A stretch of 64,000 nucleotides of DNA from a virus. Every line of letters begins with the position of its first letter. Positions within the stretch are counted from its first letter, which is position 1. Made by a program: the position numbers and the translations under genes. The notes under the pieces are model-generated. The model made no database searches. It was not told the DNA's origin and was given only the letters and a program-made list of their open reading frames with translations. Below, one piece after another: positions 8,280-16,864 of the stretch. The stretch lies in the IMG/VR virus record IMGVR_UViG_3300027850_000002, positions 1 to 64,000 of that record, one strand, 5' to 3'.

Positions 8280-9281
8280 TCACAACCCGAAGTTCTTGCG
8301 CATCTTTGCGATCTGCTCGGGCGTCGCGTTCGCGACCAGGTCTTTGAAGCTCCCGTCCAACTTCTCCAACTTCGGGCGACCCGGCGGACGACCGGGCGGA
8401 CGCTTCAGCACCTTGTTGGCCACGGTCACACCGTTGCTCTCGCTCTTCTTGGGGCGCCCCGGCTTGCGCTTCATCGGCGGCGCATCATCGAGAGCCGAAG
8501 CCTCGACCACCTTCTTCGGGCGACCCAGCTTCTTCTTCGGCGCATCCACGACCTCGATGCCATCCTTCGCAGCCTTGGCCCGACCACGTGCCACCTTGGC
8601 GTCGTCCTTGGCGGCCTGCGCTGCCATCGTTTCCTTTGCAGCGATCTGAGCAGCTGCGCGGGCCTGCTCGATGATCTTCTTGCTGGCACCTGCCGGGAAC
8701 ACGTCGAACCGACCGTAGTCACCGCCCTTCTGCGGGCGCCACTCACCGACGCCGTTCTTGGCACCGGCATGCGCGAGCAGCGTGACCACCTGGTGCGGTG
8801 TCAGGACGGAGGCGTCGAAGCCGATGCGGAGCTTGCAGCTCCAGCCCGGGAACTCGGGGCGATAGGCCAACGAGGTCTTCGCCATGCCGCCTTGACCGAC
8901 ACGGACACGTGCCGTGTTCATGATCGGCTTCTTGCCCGTGAACTTGATCGGGATGAGGTCGCCGACCACGTAGACGCCCTGTTCGACGTTGCCACGTGGG
9001 ATCTGGAAGTAGCCGCCCATTGCGGCCATGCCCTTCTTGAACCAGATCGCCTTGACGCAATCCTCGCCCTTGGTGTTCTTGATGCGCGCGCGCTCGCACT
9101 CTTCCTCAGGCACGCGCGGTGCCTTGGTGCGCGAGGCGTTGCCGCCCTGCTTGCGTGCGATGTCGTCCTGCGTCTTCTCGTCGAAGCGCTTCACGAGCAG
9201 GCTGGTGCGGCCGACAATGTCGACCTCCAGTTCCGTGGTCTGAATGTCAGGGACGATGATTCCGAGAGTGTTCTTTGCCAT
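8280..9281 (-). CDS. Cas7/RAMP-like (Vipr-like) RNA-binding protein with AT-hook C-terminal tail
   Basis: N-terminal beta strand then GRTSLL; AYRPEFPGWSCKLRI; C-terminal Gly-rich loop AGAKNGVGEWRPQKGGDYGRF; tail KKLGRPKK, KRKPGRPKK, RPPGRPPGRPK. Confidence 0.75.
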   Translation of the reverse strand: MAKNTLGIIVPDIQTTELEVDIVGRTSLLVKRFDEKTQDDIARKQGGNASRTKAPRVPEEECERARIKNTKGEDCVKAIWFKKGMAAMGGYFQIPRGNVEQGVYVVGDLIPIKFTGKKPIMNTARVRVGQGGMAKTSLAYRPEFPGWSCKLRIGFDASVLTPHQVVTLLAHAGAKNGVGEWRPQKGGDYGRFDVFPAGASKKIIEQARAAAQIAAKETMAAQAAKDDAKVARGRAKAAKDGIEVVDAPKKKLGRPKKVVEASALDDAPPMKRKPGRPKKSESNGVTVANKVLKRPPGRPPGRPKLEKLDGSFKDLVANATPEQIAKMRKNFGL

Positions 9282-9317
9282 TGCCGTTGCTCCATTGAAA
9301 TAACATTGGCGAACCTC

Positions 9318-9334
9318 GTTGAAAGAATTTCAAC
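9318..9334. promoter_or_regulatory. Operator-like inverted repeat upstream of the RAMP-like gene
   Basis: GTTGAAA-gaa-TTTCAAC perfect 7-bp palindrome in an AT-rich intergenic gap. Confidence 0.45.
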
Positions 9335-9370
9335 CAGGCCGCGGGGTCCGTACACATTCTTATGTCATGT

Positions 9371-9550
9371 CTATGGCGCAAGCTTAGGAACGGCCGACGT
9401 CGCGTTTTCACGGGCGATGCATGCAAGACACGTCACGAGCTTTGGTTCGAGGTCGATGACGACAGGCGCCTCGTCTTGCCAGGTACGGATCCACTCGCAC
9501 CACTCGTTGCTTACGTAGTGGACGAGACCTCCTGTATCCGTACATGTCAC
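9371..9550 (-). CDS. H-C3 zinc-finger family protein
   Basis: DTGGLVH...WC...VTCLACIA. Confidence 0.7.
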   Translation of the reverse strand: MTCTDTGGLVHYVSNEWCEWIRTWQDEAPVVIDLEPKLVTCLACIARENATSAVPKLAP

Positions 9551-9711
9551 CAAGGTTTCCACAATCGACTAATAACGCACCAGAAACAGGTAGGGAAGCG
9601 CGCAGACCCTTGCTCGGGTACGCCATCCATCCGCTTGTTGCAACACGTCCAGTCGGGGAACCGTTTCGTAACAACGTGAACTACGCCTTCATGATCAGTG
9701 TACGTAGTCAC
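9547..9711 (-). CDS. H-C3 zinc-finger family protein (54 aa, missing from ORF track)
   Basis: Manual translation VTTYTDHEGVVHVVTKRFPDWTCC...FPTCFWCVISRLWKPW. Confidence 0.7.
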   Translation of the reverse strand: MTTYTDHEGVVHVVTKRFPDWTCCNKRMDGVPEQGSARFPTCFWCVISRLWKPW

Positions 9712-10240
9712 GCAGGTCTTCCTTAGCGAGGCACTGCAGACACGTGATCATGACTTGGTCGCGGACCAACTGAAGCTTGGCGTACCGCTCGGTGGTCATC
9801 TCGTTGACGTAAAGTAGGCGTCCGTTGCGTTCACAAAGAGGGTAGAGGTCAAGAGGCTTCCGCGCATGGACGATCCCGGCTACGTCAGCCATTGGGACGG
9901 CCCCTGCCCGAAAGTCTTGGACGATGAGCTTTCCCCTGCGTGTCAGCGTACGTTCGTGGTCAACGTAATCAGATTTGACCAATCGTTCGAGGGCTCCTCG
10001 ACTCAATGAGAATGTTTCCCCTCGTGCATTCGTTTCTAGCCACAACCGTGCACGCGAGGACATCGTGAGCGGGTTGTCCATCTTCAAACAACCCGGACAC
10101 GTTGGCGTCTTGTCACTGCGTTCACCTGTGTCGTAGTACGAACCGCACAAAGTCCAAACAGGGCCGGCGGCCTTCTGCGTCTTGGTCTCGTGGATGACGT
10201 GCCAGACGTACCCACGTTTAACCTTATAGGTTGTCTTCAT
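9695..10240 (-). CDS. Double H-C3 zinc-finger protein with central winged-helix-like segment
   Basis: YVWH..LCG..PTCPGC; LERLVKSDYVD..TLTRRG; DVAGIVH..LC..ITCLQCLA. Confidence 0.7.
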   Translation of the reverse strand: MKTTYKVKRGYVWHVIHETKTQKAAGPVWTLCGSYYDTGERSDKTPTCPGCLKMDNPLTMSSRARLWLETNARGETFSLSRGALERLVKSDYVDHERTLTRRGKLIVQDFRAGAVPMADVAGIVHARKPLDLYPLCERNGRLLYVNEMTTERYAKLQLVRDQVMITCLQCLAKEDLRDYVH

Positions 10241-10458
10241 GGTTCTGCGCTCCTTGCCAGACACGCGAAACATGTGGTTGGTGGAGGTGTTGTTACAACG
10301 AAACAGACTTCGTCGATCGTTCCACCGTTGTGTGAGAACGCTTCGATGATGTCAGGGTCTATAGTGAACAGAATTTCGCACACCGTCTTGCCCCAGTGAT
10401 CTTCATCCTCGGGCCGGAACTGTACGTGCGCGAGTCCGTCATCTGTCTTGATGAGCAC
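10237..10458 (-). CDS. H-C3 zinc-finger family protein
   Basis: DDGLAH...VC...TTCFACLA. Confidence 0.7.
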   Translation of the reverse strand: MLIKTDDGLAHVQFRPEDEDHWGKTVCEILFTIDPDIIEAFSHNGGTIDEVCFVVTTPPPTTCFACLARSAEP

Positions 10459-10459
10459 G

Positions 10460-10663
10460 TTACAACGGGCCTTTATCTAGCTCGCGATCCACCATCGCGA
10501 TGCATTGGATGCACATGGGGAACTGTCCAGGTTCTGGCTTGAACGAGCTGTTGAGGTATTGCTCTTTGCCGCAGACGAGGAGGATGCCTCGCATCTCGTA
10601 CTTCCAATGTGTGACACCGTAGTTGTCGGTGAAAAGTGTGATGTTGTGTACCGGCCTATCCAT
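10460..10663 (-). CDS. H-C3 zinc-finger family protein
   Basis: DNYGVTH...VC...PMCIQCIA. Confidence 0.7.
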   Translation of the reverse strand: MDRPVHNITLFTDNYGVTHWKYEMRGILLVCGKEQYLNSSFKPEPGQFPMCIQCIAMVDRELDKGPL

Positions 10664-10838
10664 GCTTGAAGTTCCCGATGCACAAGAGGCACGTTAGGAT
10701 TTTGTCGCCGCCGAAGTATTTGGCCCCGATGATCGACTGCCCACACGCGGCCCAGATCGCATCCTTGTAGATGACGTGCTTCAAGCCGTCTTGGCCCATG
10801 TAGTAGCGGTCGAATGTCCAGGTTTTACGGCGTGCCAT
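10656..10838 (-). CDS. H-C3 zinc-finger family protein
   Basis: QDGLKH...AC...LTCLLCIG. Confidence 0.7.
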   Translation of the reverse strand: MARRKTWTFDRYYMGQDGLKHVIYKDAIWAACGQSIIGAKYFGGDKILTCLLCIGNFKHG

Positions 10839-11094
10839 GGCTTACGGGTCTCGGAGGGATCGCAACAGGTAGTTGACGGCGTTAAGCGTGTCGTGCACCA
10901 TGTTGATATCCCCTCTCCGATGCGACGTTTACCCGATAATCTCGTGCCCGCCATGAAGCCCCTTTGCTTCTATTCCATGTTCTCGGCTGAGCAGTGCCCC
11001 AAGGCTCTGGCTTGGATGGCAGCGCTTTGCGCTTCCACGGGACGCGGACATGACGCTGAGCAGTGGCTGATCGAGCTGATCGAGTCGGTGCTGT

Positions 11095-11310
11095 TCACCC
11101 ACCAGAACGTCGTTCGGCCGACCGAGATTGCGCTGCGAGACACTGCAAGCATGTCGTGATCTTCCGACGGGTTGGCTCGAGCTGCGCTGACGGCCAGATG
11201 GAAACTTCGCCAGCGCCCTCATAGTTTTCGCAGGCGGTCACACGTACACCCAGCTCATGGTCTTGTGCATCGTGCACGAGCCCGTCGGGGTCTAGGTAGC
11301 GGCGAGGCAT
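11095..11310 (-). CDS. H-C3 zinc-finger family protein
   Basis: DPDGLVH...AC...TTCLQCLA. Confidence 0.7.
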   Translation of the reverse strand: MPRRYLDPDGLVHDAQDHELGVRVTACENYEGAGEVSIWPSAQLEPTRRKITTCLQCLAAQSRSAERRSGG

Positions 11311-11489
11311 TGAAGACAGGTCACGGGTTGGTGAAAGACTTCTTCCATGTCCCGCATGTTGAGGTCAAACCCGCCGACGTCATCGGCTTCGCAGACCATG
11401 AGCGAGTTGGCTCCAAAGCTCCCACCGCAGACGTGAACGAGGCCTTTTCGGTCCCGGAACGTCTGTGGTTCACGCTTTTTCCACGTCAT
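11292..11489 (-). CDS. H-C3 zinc-finger family protein
   Basis: DRKGLVH...VC...VTCLQCLA. Confidence 0.7.
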   Translation of the reverse strand: MTWKKREPQTFRDRKGLVHVCGGSFGANSLMVCEADDVGGFDLNMRDMEEVFHQPVTCLQCLAAT

Positions 11490-11869
11490 GCACCCGCCTC
11501 CGCGATGCACCAGAAGCAGTAGACGGGGTCGTGCTCCCAGATCGCGTGGTCGTTGACGATCTCCTCGAGTTCGCCGGCTAGTTCCGTCAGGGCCGTGTGC
11601 ACCATGTCGTCGTAGTAACCGCCGCCCGCCATGAAGCTTTGCCTCGACTCGTACGCACATCCGCCGAGGTAGTCACTGCACGTAATGCCTTTGTACGTGG
11701 CCGACACTTTGACAATGCACCACGCCCATTCGTTGCCGCGAGCAAGCTGATCCCGAATCCACTCCACACATGTTGGGTCGTCAAACTCTCCAACATAGCT
11801 TCGGTCCTCGGGTTCGACGAAAAGTTTGACTGCCGCGACCTTTTTCAGCTTCTCTAGGTCGATCTTCAT
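11486..11869 (-). CDS. Conserved phage protein ending in a captured CxxC tail
   Basis: GNEWAWC..V.A...DYLGGC.Y...GGYYDDM followed by YCFWCIAE. Confidence 0.65.
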   Translation of the reverse strand: MKIDLEKLKKVAAVKLFVEPEDRSYVGEFDDPTCVEWIRDQLARGNEWAWCIVKVSATYKGITCSDYLGGCAYESRQSFMAGGGYYDDMVHTALTELAGELEEIVNDHAIWEHDPVYCFWCIAEAGA

Positions 11870-12078
11870 CGTCCTTGCCACCGTTCTTCGACGATGCGAA
11901 CGGCGTCGTCCTGGTCCGCGGCGTCGCCCCATCCACCGCGAGCGTCTCGCCATCGCCATGCAGGCCCGGTCCCCCGGTTCACAGGCTCGAAGTTCTTGAA
12001 TTCGACTTCGCCGGTGACGACACCGTCGATCACAACCTCGGCGCACATGGTGCCGGGCTTCTTACGCAGCTCAGTCAT
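11866..12078 (-). CDS. Hypothetical protein
   Basis: ATGA-coupled ORF MTELRKKPG... Confidence 0.5.
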   Translation of the reverse strand: MTELRKKPGTMCAEVVIDGVVTGEVEFKNFEPVNRGTGPAWRWRDARGGWGDAADQDDAVRIVEERWQGR

Positions 12079-12521
12079 GGTTTTCCTTTCGCCCAATAGG
12101 CGATGCAGTCGAAGCACGTGACGGCTTCGACCTGCGGTCGTCGTCCGACAGCCGTTTCGATTCCGCATGAGAATTGAAACGTCGGATCCGCCCACGAGAT
12201 GCACTTGAACGCTTGATGGACAGTACCCTCGTGTTCGACGAGCATCTTCTCGCCGTTGTTGTAGTCTCTCGCGCGGACGGTTTGCTGCTCGCGGTCCTTC
12301 GTGATGATGTCTTCCGTTTCCTCGGACGCATACCAACCACGTTCCCGATCTTCGAGGTCGACGACTTCTTCTTCGTTGTACGGATTGATCTGGACGGCAC
12401 CACAGTGGCGGCATACGGCCGCAGTCACTTGTTGCATGCCGACGCCATTGTCGACGTACTCCGCGTCTGTATCACGCGAGCCGCACCAACCGCAGGTCAC
12501 CACTGGATGCAGGTCAGGCAC
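12075..12521 (-). CDS. Zinc ribbon fused to H-C3 finger
   Basis: CGWC..CRHC then HEGTVH..SC..VTCFDCIA. Confidence 0.7.
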   Translation of the reverse strand: MPDLHPVVTCGWCGSRDTDAEYVDNGVGMQQVTAAVCRHCGAVQINPYNEEEVVDLEDRERGWYASEETEDIITKDREQQTVRARDYNNGEKMLVEHEGTVHQAFKCISWADPTFQFSCGIETAVGRRPQVEAVTCFDCIAYWAKGKP

Positions 12522-12745
12522 GTGATTGACGGTGCGACCTCAAGCGAGCCGGGGTCGCCACTGTTGATCGCGCGGCAGGGGCACATGAAGTTGAGGTACG
12601 CAACGCCTTGCGCGACGTTCCACTCAACATTGTACACTGCCGTAATGACCAACATGTGTCCAAGTCCATCAGGTCCGATGACGATCTCGTGATCGCCGAC
12701 CTTGGGCAGTGTGCGTGCCTGCGCCAGGACTTCGTTGAGCTTCAT
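12497..12745 (-). CDS. H-C3 zinc-finger family protein
   Basis: GPDGLGH...MC...ITCLTCIQ. Confidence 0.7.
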   Translation of the reverse strand: MKLNEVLAQARTLPKVGDHEIVIGPDGLGHMLVITAVYNVEWNVAQGVAYLNFMCPCRAINSGDPGSLEVAPSITCLTCIQW

Positions 12746-13135
12746 GGCCACGTCTTTTCCTCGCTGATGGCCAGCTCGTAGTCTTCGTGGTTGAGGTTGA
12801 TCGCCATGCCACGTGCTGTGCGTGCCGCGTCCGTGCACGGACCGACCGCCTGGACGGACTCTCGCGTCTTCTTGTCGATGACGTGGACGTACTCAACGTC
12901 AGGCTTCTTTTTCTTCAGCAACGTTAGTTCCTTTCAGCGCGTCGAGCCGGCGTTTCGTCGGACCCGCCATCAACGCGTTCAGTTCACGATCCGTCTTTTC
13001 GCTGCCTTCGTTTGTGAGCATTGCGTAGAGCAGCTCGAGGACTTCGACGTCCCGCATTCGAGAATCATATCGAGGGCGTCGCTCGGGTCTCGCGCCATGA
13101 CAGCGTAGATGCCGATGGCCACACGTCCCGTCTCT

Positions 13136-13546
13136 TCAGACATGGGACATGTTCGGCATCTCGTCGACGTCGTCGCAGACGACTTGGAGCCGTTCCCGTT
13201 GGGCGGCTTCTGCGCTCGACCGGGCGATCCCCTGGCGAAGCTTCAGCTCCCAGATCTCGCGAGCAAACGATGCTTGCGCGATGGTGAGCGGGTAGTCCCC
13301 GTGCGTGCTCACGAAGCCGTCGGAGACGCGACACAGAGATTCCGTTCGTTGCGCCATCTCGTAGTTGCAGAGCGCGACGTCATCGCGCATTCCTTCAACA
13401 CGGTCCTCGAGTAGTTCCGCGAGTGTCTCGTCGTTCTCGTTGCGTACGGACATTACGACGCAAACGACCGCGAACCCCGCGTCGTTCACGGGGCCGAAGT
13501 CCCGGCGATACTCCTTGGGCTTCGTCTTCTTGGTGTTCAAGCTCAT
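13136..13546 (-). CDS. Hypothetical protein
   Basis: 136-aa helical ORF. Confidence 0.5.
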   Translation of the reverse strand: MSLNTKKTKPKEYRRDFGPVNDAGFAVVCVVMSVRNENDETLAELLEDRVEGMRDDVALCNYEMAQRTESLCRVSDGFVSTHGDYPLTIAQASFAREIWELKLRQGIARSSAEAAQRERLQVVCDDVDEMPNMSHV

Positions 13547-13648
13547 CGCGACCTCGTGCGCATCGGAGAGCGTGTTGTAGATGCCGAGGTACCACTGTCC
13601 GTTACGAACTCAGTGCGTATGGGTGACCTTGTACTCTGTCGACATGGC

Positions 13649-14005
13649 TCAACCCTTCTTTCGTGCGGCCAGGAGTTCGTTGATGTGGTCCTCGTAGGTC
13701 TTCAGCCCCGAGATCTCGAGCCCGACGGACTTGGCGTAGTTGACGAGCATCAAGGGATTCCAAGACCCGCCGCCTTCGATACGAAACCGCGTGCTCCGAA
13801 GGACCCGACGTTCCTCGAATGCATTGAAACCGTGGAGGAACACGAGCTGGTTGCCTTGCTTGCTCACTAGCAGCACGACATCGTTCGCCTTGAGCGCGAG
13901 CTTGTTGCCCGCGACCCCAAACTCTGGATGTTTTGCCAGGATCTCGAGCCAGTTCGTCAGCTCGCTCTTGCCGAAGTGACAGGTCGCGACATAGCGCAAC
14001 CTCAT
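13649..14005 (-). CDS. Hypothetical protein, weakly IS66 TnpB/Orf2-like
   Basis: Size and pattern DVVLLVSKQGNQLVFL...RFRIEGGGSW. Confidence 0.4.
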   Translation of the reverse strand: MRLRYVATCHFGKSELTNWLEILAKHPEFGVAGNKLALKANDVVLLVSKQGNQLVFLHGFNAFEERRVLRSTRFRIEGGGSWNPLMLVNYAKSVGLEISGLKTYEDHINELLAARKKG

Positions 14006-14006
14006 G

Positions 14007-14459
14007 TCACGCCGCCGTCCAGTGAGCGCCGGGTCCCCGTCCCTCGAGACCGATCAGACCGCGCTTCTTGAGCGTACGTGCTGCGCGCTTGACGATGTAC
14101 GTTGTCTGTCCTGTCTTCGCGATCAACTCCGCCGTCTTCGCCGTCTTCAGTTTCTTCAGCGCCGCAAGCACGCTCTGCTCACCTTCCGTCAGTTCTTCCG
14201 GGAGGTCGACGGCGAAGTTCACCGCAGGCGGCTTGGCTTTCGCTTTGGCTTTCGCCTTTTTGGACGTCTTACGTGCAGTGCTCGTCGGCAACTCCCCGCC
14301 GACCAGCACCTGCGCAATCTCTCTGCGCGCCTCCACGATGAGTTGTTTGGCCTGTTGCAGCTTCTTGAAAGCGCTCTCGAGGCCGTGTGCGTGTTGTAGA
14401 AACGTGAGGTCGTCGTCGGTCAGGCTTACGCCTAGACCGTTGTCATTGGTGTTCGACAT
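14007..14459 (-). CDS. Coiled-coil plus winged-helix DNA-binding protein
   Basis: LTEGEQSVLAAL...TAELIAKTG..YIVKRAARTLKKRGLI. Confidence 0.7.
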   Translation of the reverse strand: MSNTNDNGLGVSLTDDDLTFLQHAHGLESAFKKLQQAKQLIVEARREIAQVLVGGELPTSTARKTSKKAKAKAKAKPPAVNFAVDLPEELTEGEQSVLAALKKLKTAKTAELIAKTGQTTYIVKRAARTLKKRGLIGLEGRGPGAHWTAA

Positions 14460-14582
14460 GAATTTCTCAATTCGGCTTGGAACGATGCCAAGCACTGCAT
14501 CTAGCGCGAGGCGCGCCCGACGGGTTCGTTCTAAAATTTCACGGATACAAGGGCGCAACATGGAGCCCCGTTACGTGAGTAG

Positions 14583-14777
14583 TTAGCTGTCGCTGTCGCT
14601 GCGTTTGTCGACGAACTCGTCCATGAAGCGCCACGCAAGCTCCGCCTGCGCTACAGCCTCAGCGTCGTCCGTCTTCGTGTTCTTGATGAACAGTTCCATC
14701 GCCCTCGAGATACACGCGCTCGCCTGCTTCAGTGTTTGCAGGTCAATTCCGCGCGCTGATCCAGGACGGCGTGCCAT
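14583..14777 (-). CDS. Hypothetical protein
   Basis: Short helical ORF MARRPG... Confidence 0.45.
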   Translation of the reverse strand: MARRPGSARGIDLQTLKQASACISRAMELFIKNTKTDDAEAVAQAELAWRFMDEFVDKRSDSDS

Positions 14778-14782
14778 CGCAT

Positions 14783-15253
14783 TCACGAAACTGTGTTCTT
14801 GCCGCCAAGGTACTCTTTCCACGGGATGTGAGTTCCCGTGTTCGAGTCCTTGAAGCCCCAGCTGCCGACGTTGGTACCCGCGACGAACAGGCTCCAGCTG
14901 CCCTTTGCAGGGTTGAGCAGGTCCACGCGGTGGTAGTCGTTTTGCCGGATGATGTTCACCATACCCGGCTTGAATGTCCGTACGTCCATCCCCCGCTCTT
15001 CGGTGTACCCGCCCTTGAGAATGAGCGCGATGGAGCGACCCCACGGATGGTTGTGCTGATCTCGATCTTCGTCGCTTCGATGGAAGAAGTGGATGAAGAC
15101 GGCGAACGGGGCCTTAGGTGTGACCTCGTCGTCGGCGGTCCGTGGACTGGACGGCCAGACGTACCACCGCGTCAGATAGGGACGCCCCTCCGGATCTGCA
15201 ATGGTCCAGTGGTTCAGACGAACGACGATCTTCTTCAGGAGCCACTCAATCAC
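14783..15253 (-). CDS. Cupin-fold phage protein
   Basis: HFFHRSDEDRDQHNHPW...ILKGGYTE...YHRV...WSLF. Confidence 0.75.
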   Translation of the reverse strand: MIEWLLKKIVVRLNHWTIADPEGRPYLTRWYVWPSSPRTADDEVTPKAPFAVFIHFFHRSDEDRDQHNHPWGRSIALILKGGYTEERGMDVRTFKPGMVNIIRQNDYHRVDLLNPAKGSWSLFVAGTNVGSWGFKDSNTGTHIPWKEYLGGKNTVS

Positions 15254-15421
15254 GGCAGGACCTCCGCTTCCGTGTATAGCGGAAACGGGAGATGCCGATC
15301 AAGGCAGGATATGTCGGCCAGATAACCCCGCCGCCGATTGCACGACGCCAGGAAGCCCCCAGGTACCTCTTGGCACCTGTGGCGATCGCTGCGCCAACAC
15401 CTAGCCAGATTGCTACGAGCG

Positions 15422-15943
15422 TCATCCGTCCCCCATTTCCCACGAATGCAGTTCCGCACCCTCGTGATAGTCGATGAATTCCTGGTGCGTGCCGAACACG
15501 GAAACCTTGTCCGGCTTCATACGCGGAAAATTTCGGTCTCGGGGAAGTTTGCTCATGTTCGCAGACATGATCAGGGCACCTGCGCAGATGTTGCCCGTCT
15601 TCTGGGCTTCCCACTTCTCCTTCCAGTCCGGATCTGCGTAGTCCATCGTCTGGTGACACGGTAACGGTTGTTCTATTGAAATGTTGACGATGAAGCTCCG
15701 CGGATTGGCAGCCCCAAGCCAGCCCGGCATCGCCTTGCGGCGGAACGGACAGTCGTTGCACGGAACCTTGGTCGGCTCGCGATACGTCACAAGGCCCCTG
15801 GGTTGAACAACATGTTCGCGAACATCCCCAGCGCCACCGACCCGCCCAGACACAGTTGTAACGGTCTGCGTCGACCTCTTGGCTTTCCGAGCCAGTGCCT
15901 TAGCGCTGCTTCGAGTGTTCTTTTTGTTCGTGGAACGGGCCAT
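15422..15943 (-). CDS. Cys-rich PCxxCPFR family protein
   Basis: PCNDCPFRR..PGWLG..PCH..ICAGAL. Confidence 0.65.
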   Translation of the reverse strand: MARSTNKKNTRSSAKALARKAKRSTQTVTTVSGRVGGAGDVREHVVQPRGLVTYREPTKVPCNDCPFRRKAMPGWLGAANPRSFIVNISIEQPLPCHQTMDYADPDWKEKWEAQKTGNICAGALIMSANMSKLPRDRNFPRMKPDKVSVFGTHQEFIDYHEGAELHSWEMGDG

Positions 15944-16503
15944 AACTTCTTCCTTCGGAGTAGCGCGGTCGCACGGTCCTCATGAATTGGGTCTACGAGA
16001 TCAATGTCCGAAGTCTCTTCGAACTCCAGGTGTGCAAGGCGAGGGTGCCCAGCCGCCGCGAGCAGTCGGCTCGAGATGCGCATTGCTGCGACTTCGTACG
16101 TGTCACACAGGTGGTTGTGGCAATGACAGAATGCGATCGGACAGTGGCCGTAGTCGGGTTTGTTCCAACGGTCGCGTGTCTCGATGAGTGCGTGGCCTAG
16201 CTCATGTGCAGGGCCCCAACTTTGACTCGTCTCGAGCAGGTGAGGTCACGCCGCTTTCTTTGGGCACCACCTATTGGCTAGCTCGTAGAAGTCATACAGG
16301 TTCAACGTATTTGACGCGGCGGTGGCACGCCGTGCACTCGAAGCCTTCATGACCAAGACCTTCCTCTAGGCGGGAGAGGGTAATGCGATTCATGACGCCG
16401 CCGCAGTCACCGCCGCCTTTGGCGGGCGGAACACCGCCACGAACCGTTCGTCCTTTCGAACCACAGGCGACACCGACAGGCTTGCGAACAACAACCATCG
16501 GCT

Positions 16504-16692
16504 TCATCCGAAGTATCCCCGGACCCGCATCGCGATCATGCAATCTGTGATGTCGATGACGGAGTCCAGCTCTGAGATCGTGCCGCTGTTGGACATGTGT
16601 TCGGCGACCTCGGCGGCGCTTGCGCCTTTACCGTTGTTCTTCTTGGACACTGCTTCGTAGGCGTCCATGATTTTGCGTTCGTACGCGGTCAT
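16504..16692 (-). CDS. Small HTH-like protein
   Basis: MTAYERKIM...ASAAEVAEHM. Confidence 0.5.
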   Translation of the reverse strand: MTAYERKIMDAYEAVSKKNNGKGASAAEVAEHMSNSGTISELDSVIDITDCMIAMRVRGYFG

Positions 16693-16864
16693 GGCTTCTT
16701 TTTGAACTCCTTGAGACCGTAGTGGAGACGGACTTTTTCAACGGCAGTCGCTGTTTTGGGGTCACGTCCGTTGAGACGGTCCGGGTCGTACGACAACGTC
16801 ATGTCCATCGCCAGGTCGTACAGCGCCTGGAGCGCCTTGAGTGGTGTGTATGCATTCCGACTCT

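Noticed and set aside
7827-9518. 563-aa plus-strand ORF
   Set aside because: Antisense shadow of two GC3-rich minus-strand genes.
13649-14459. Complete IS66 element
   Set aside because: No TnpC transposase or terminal inverted repeats found.
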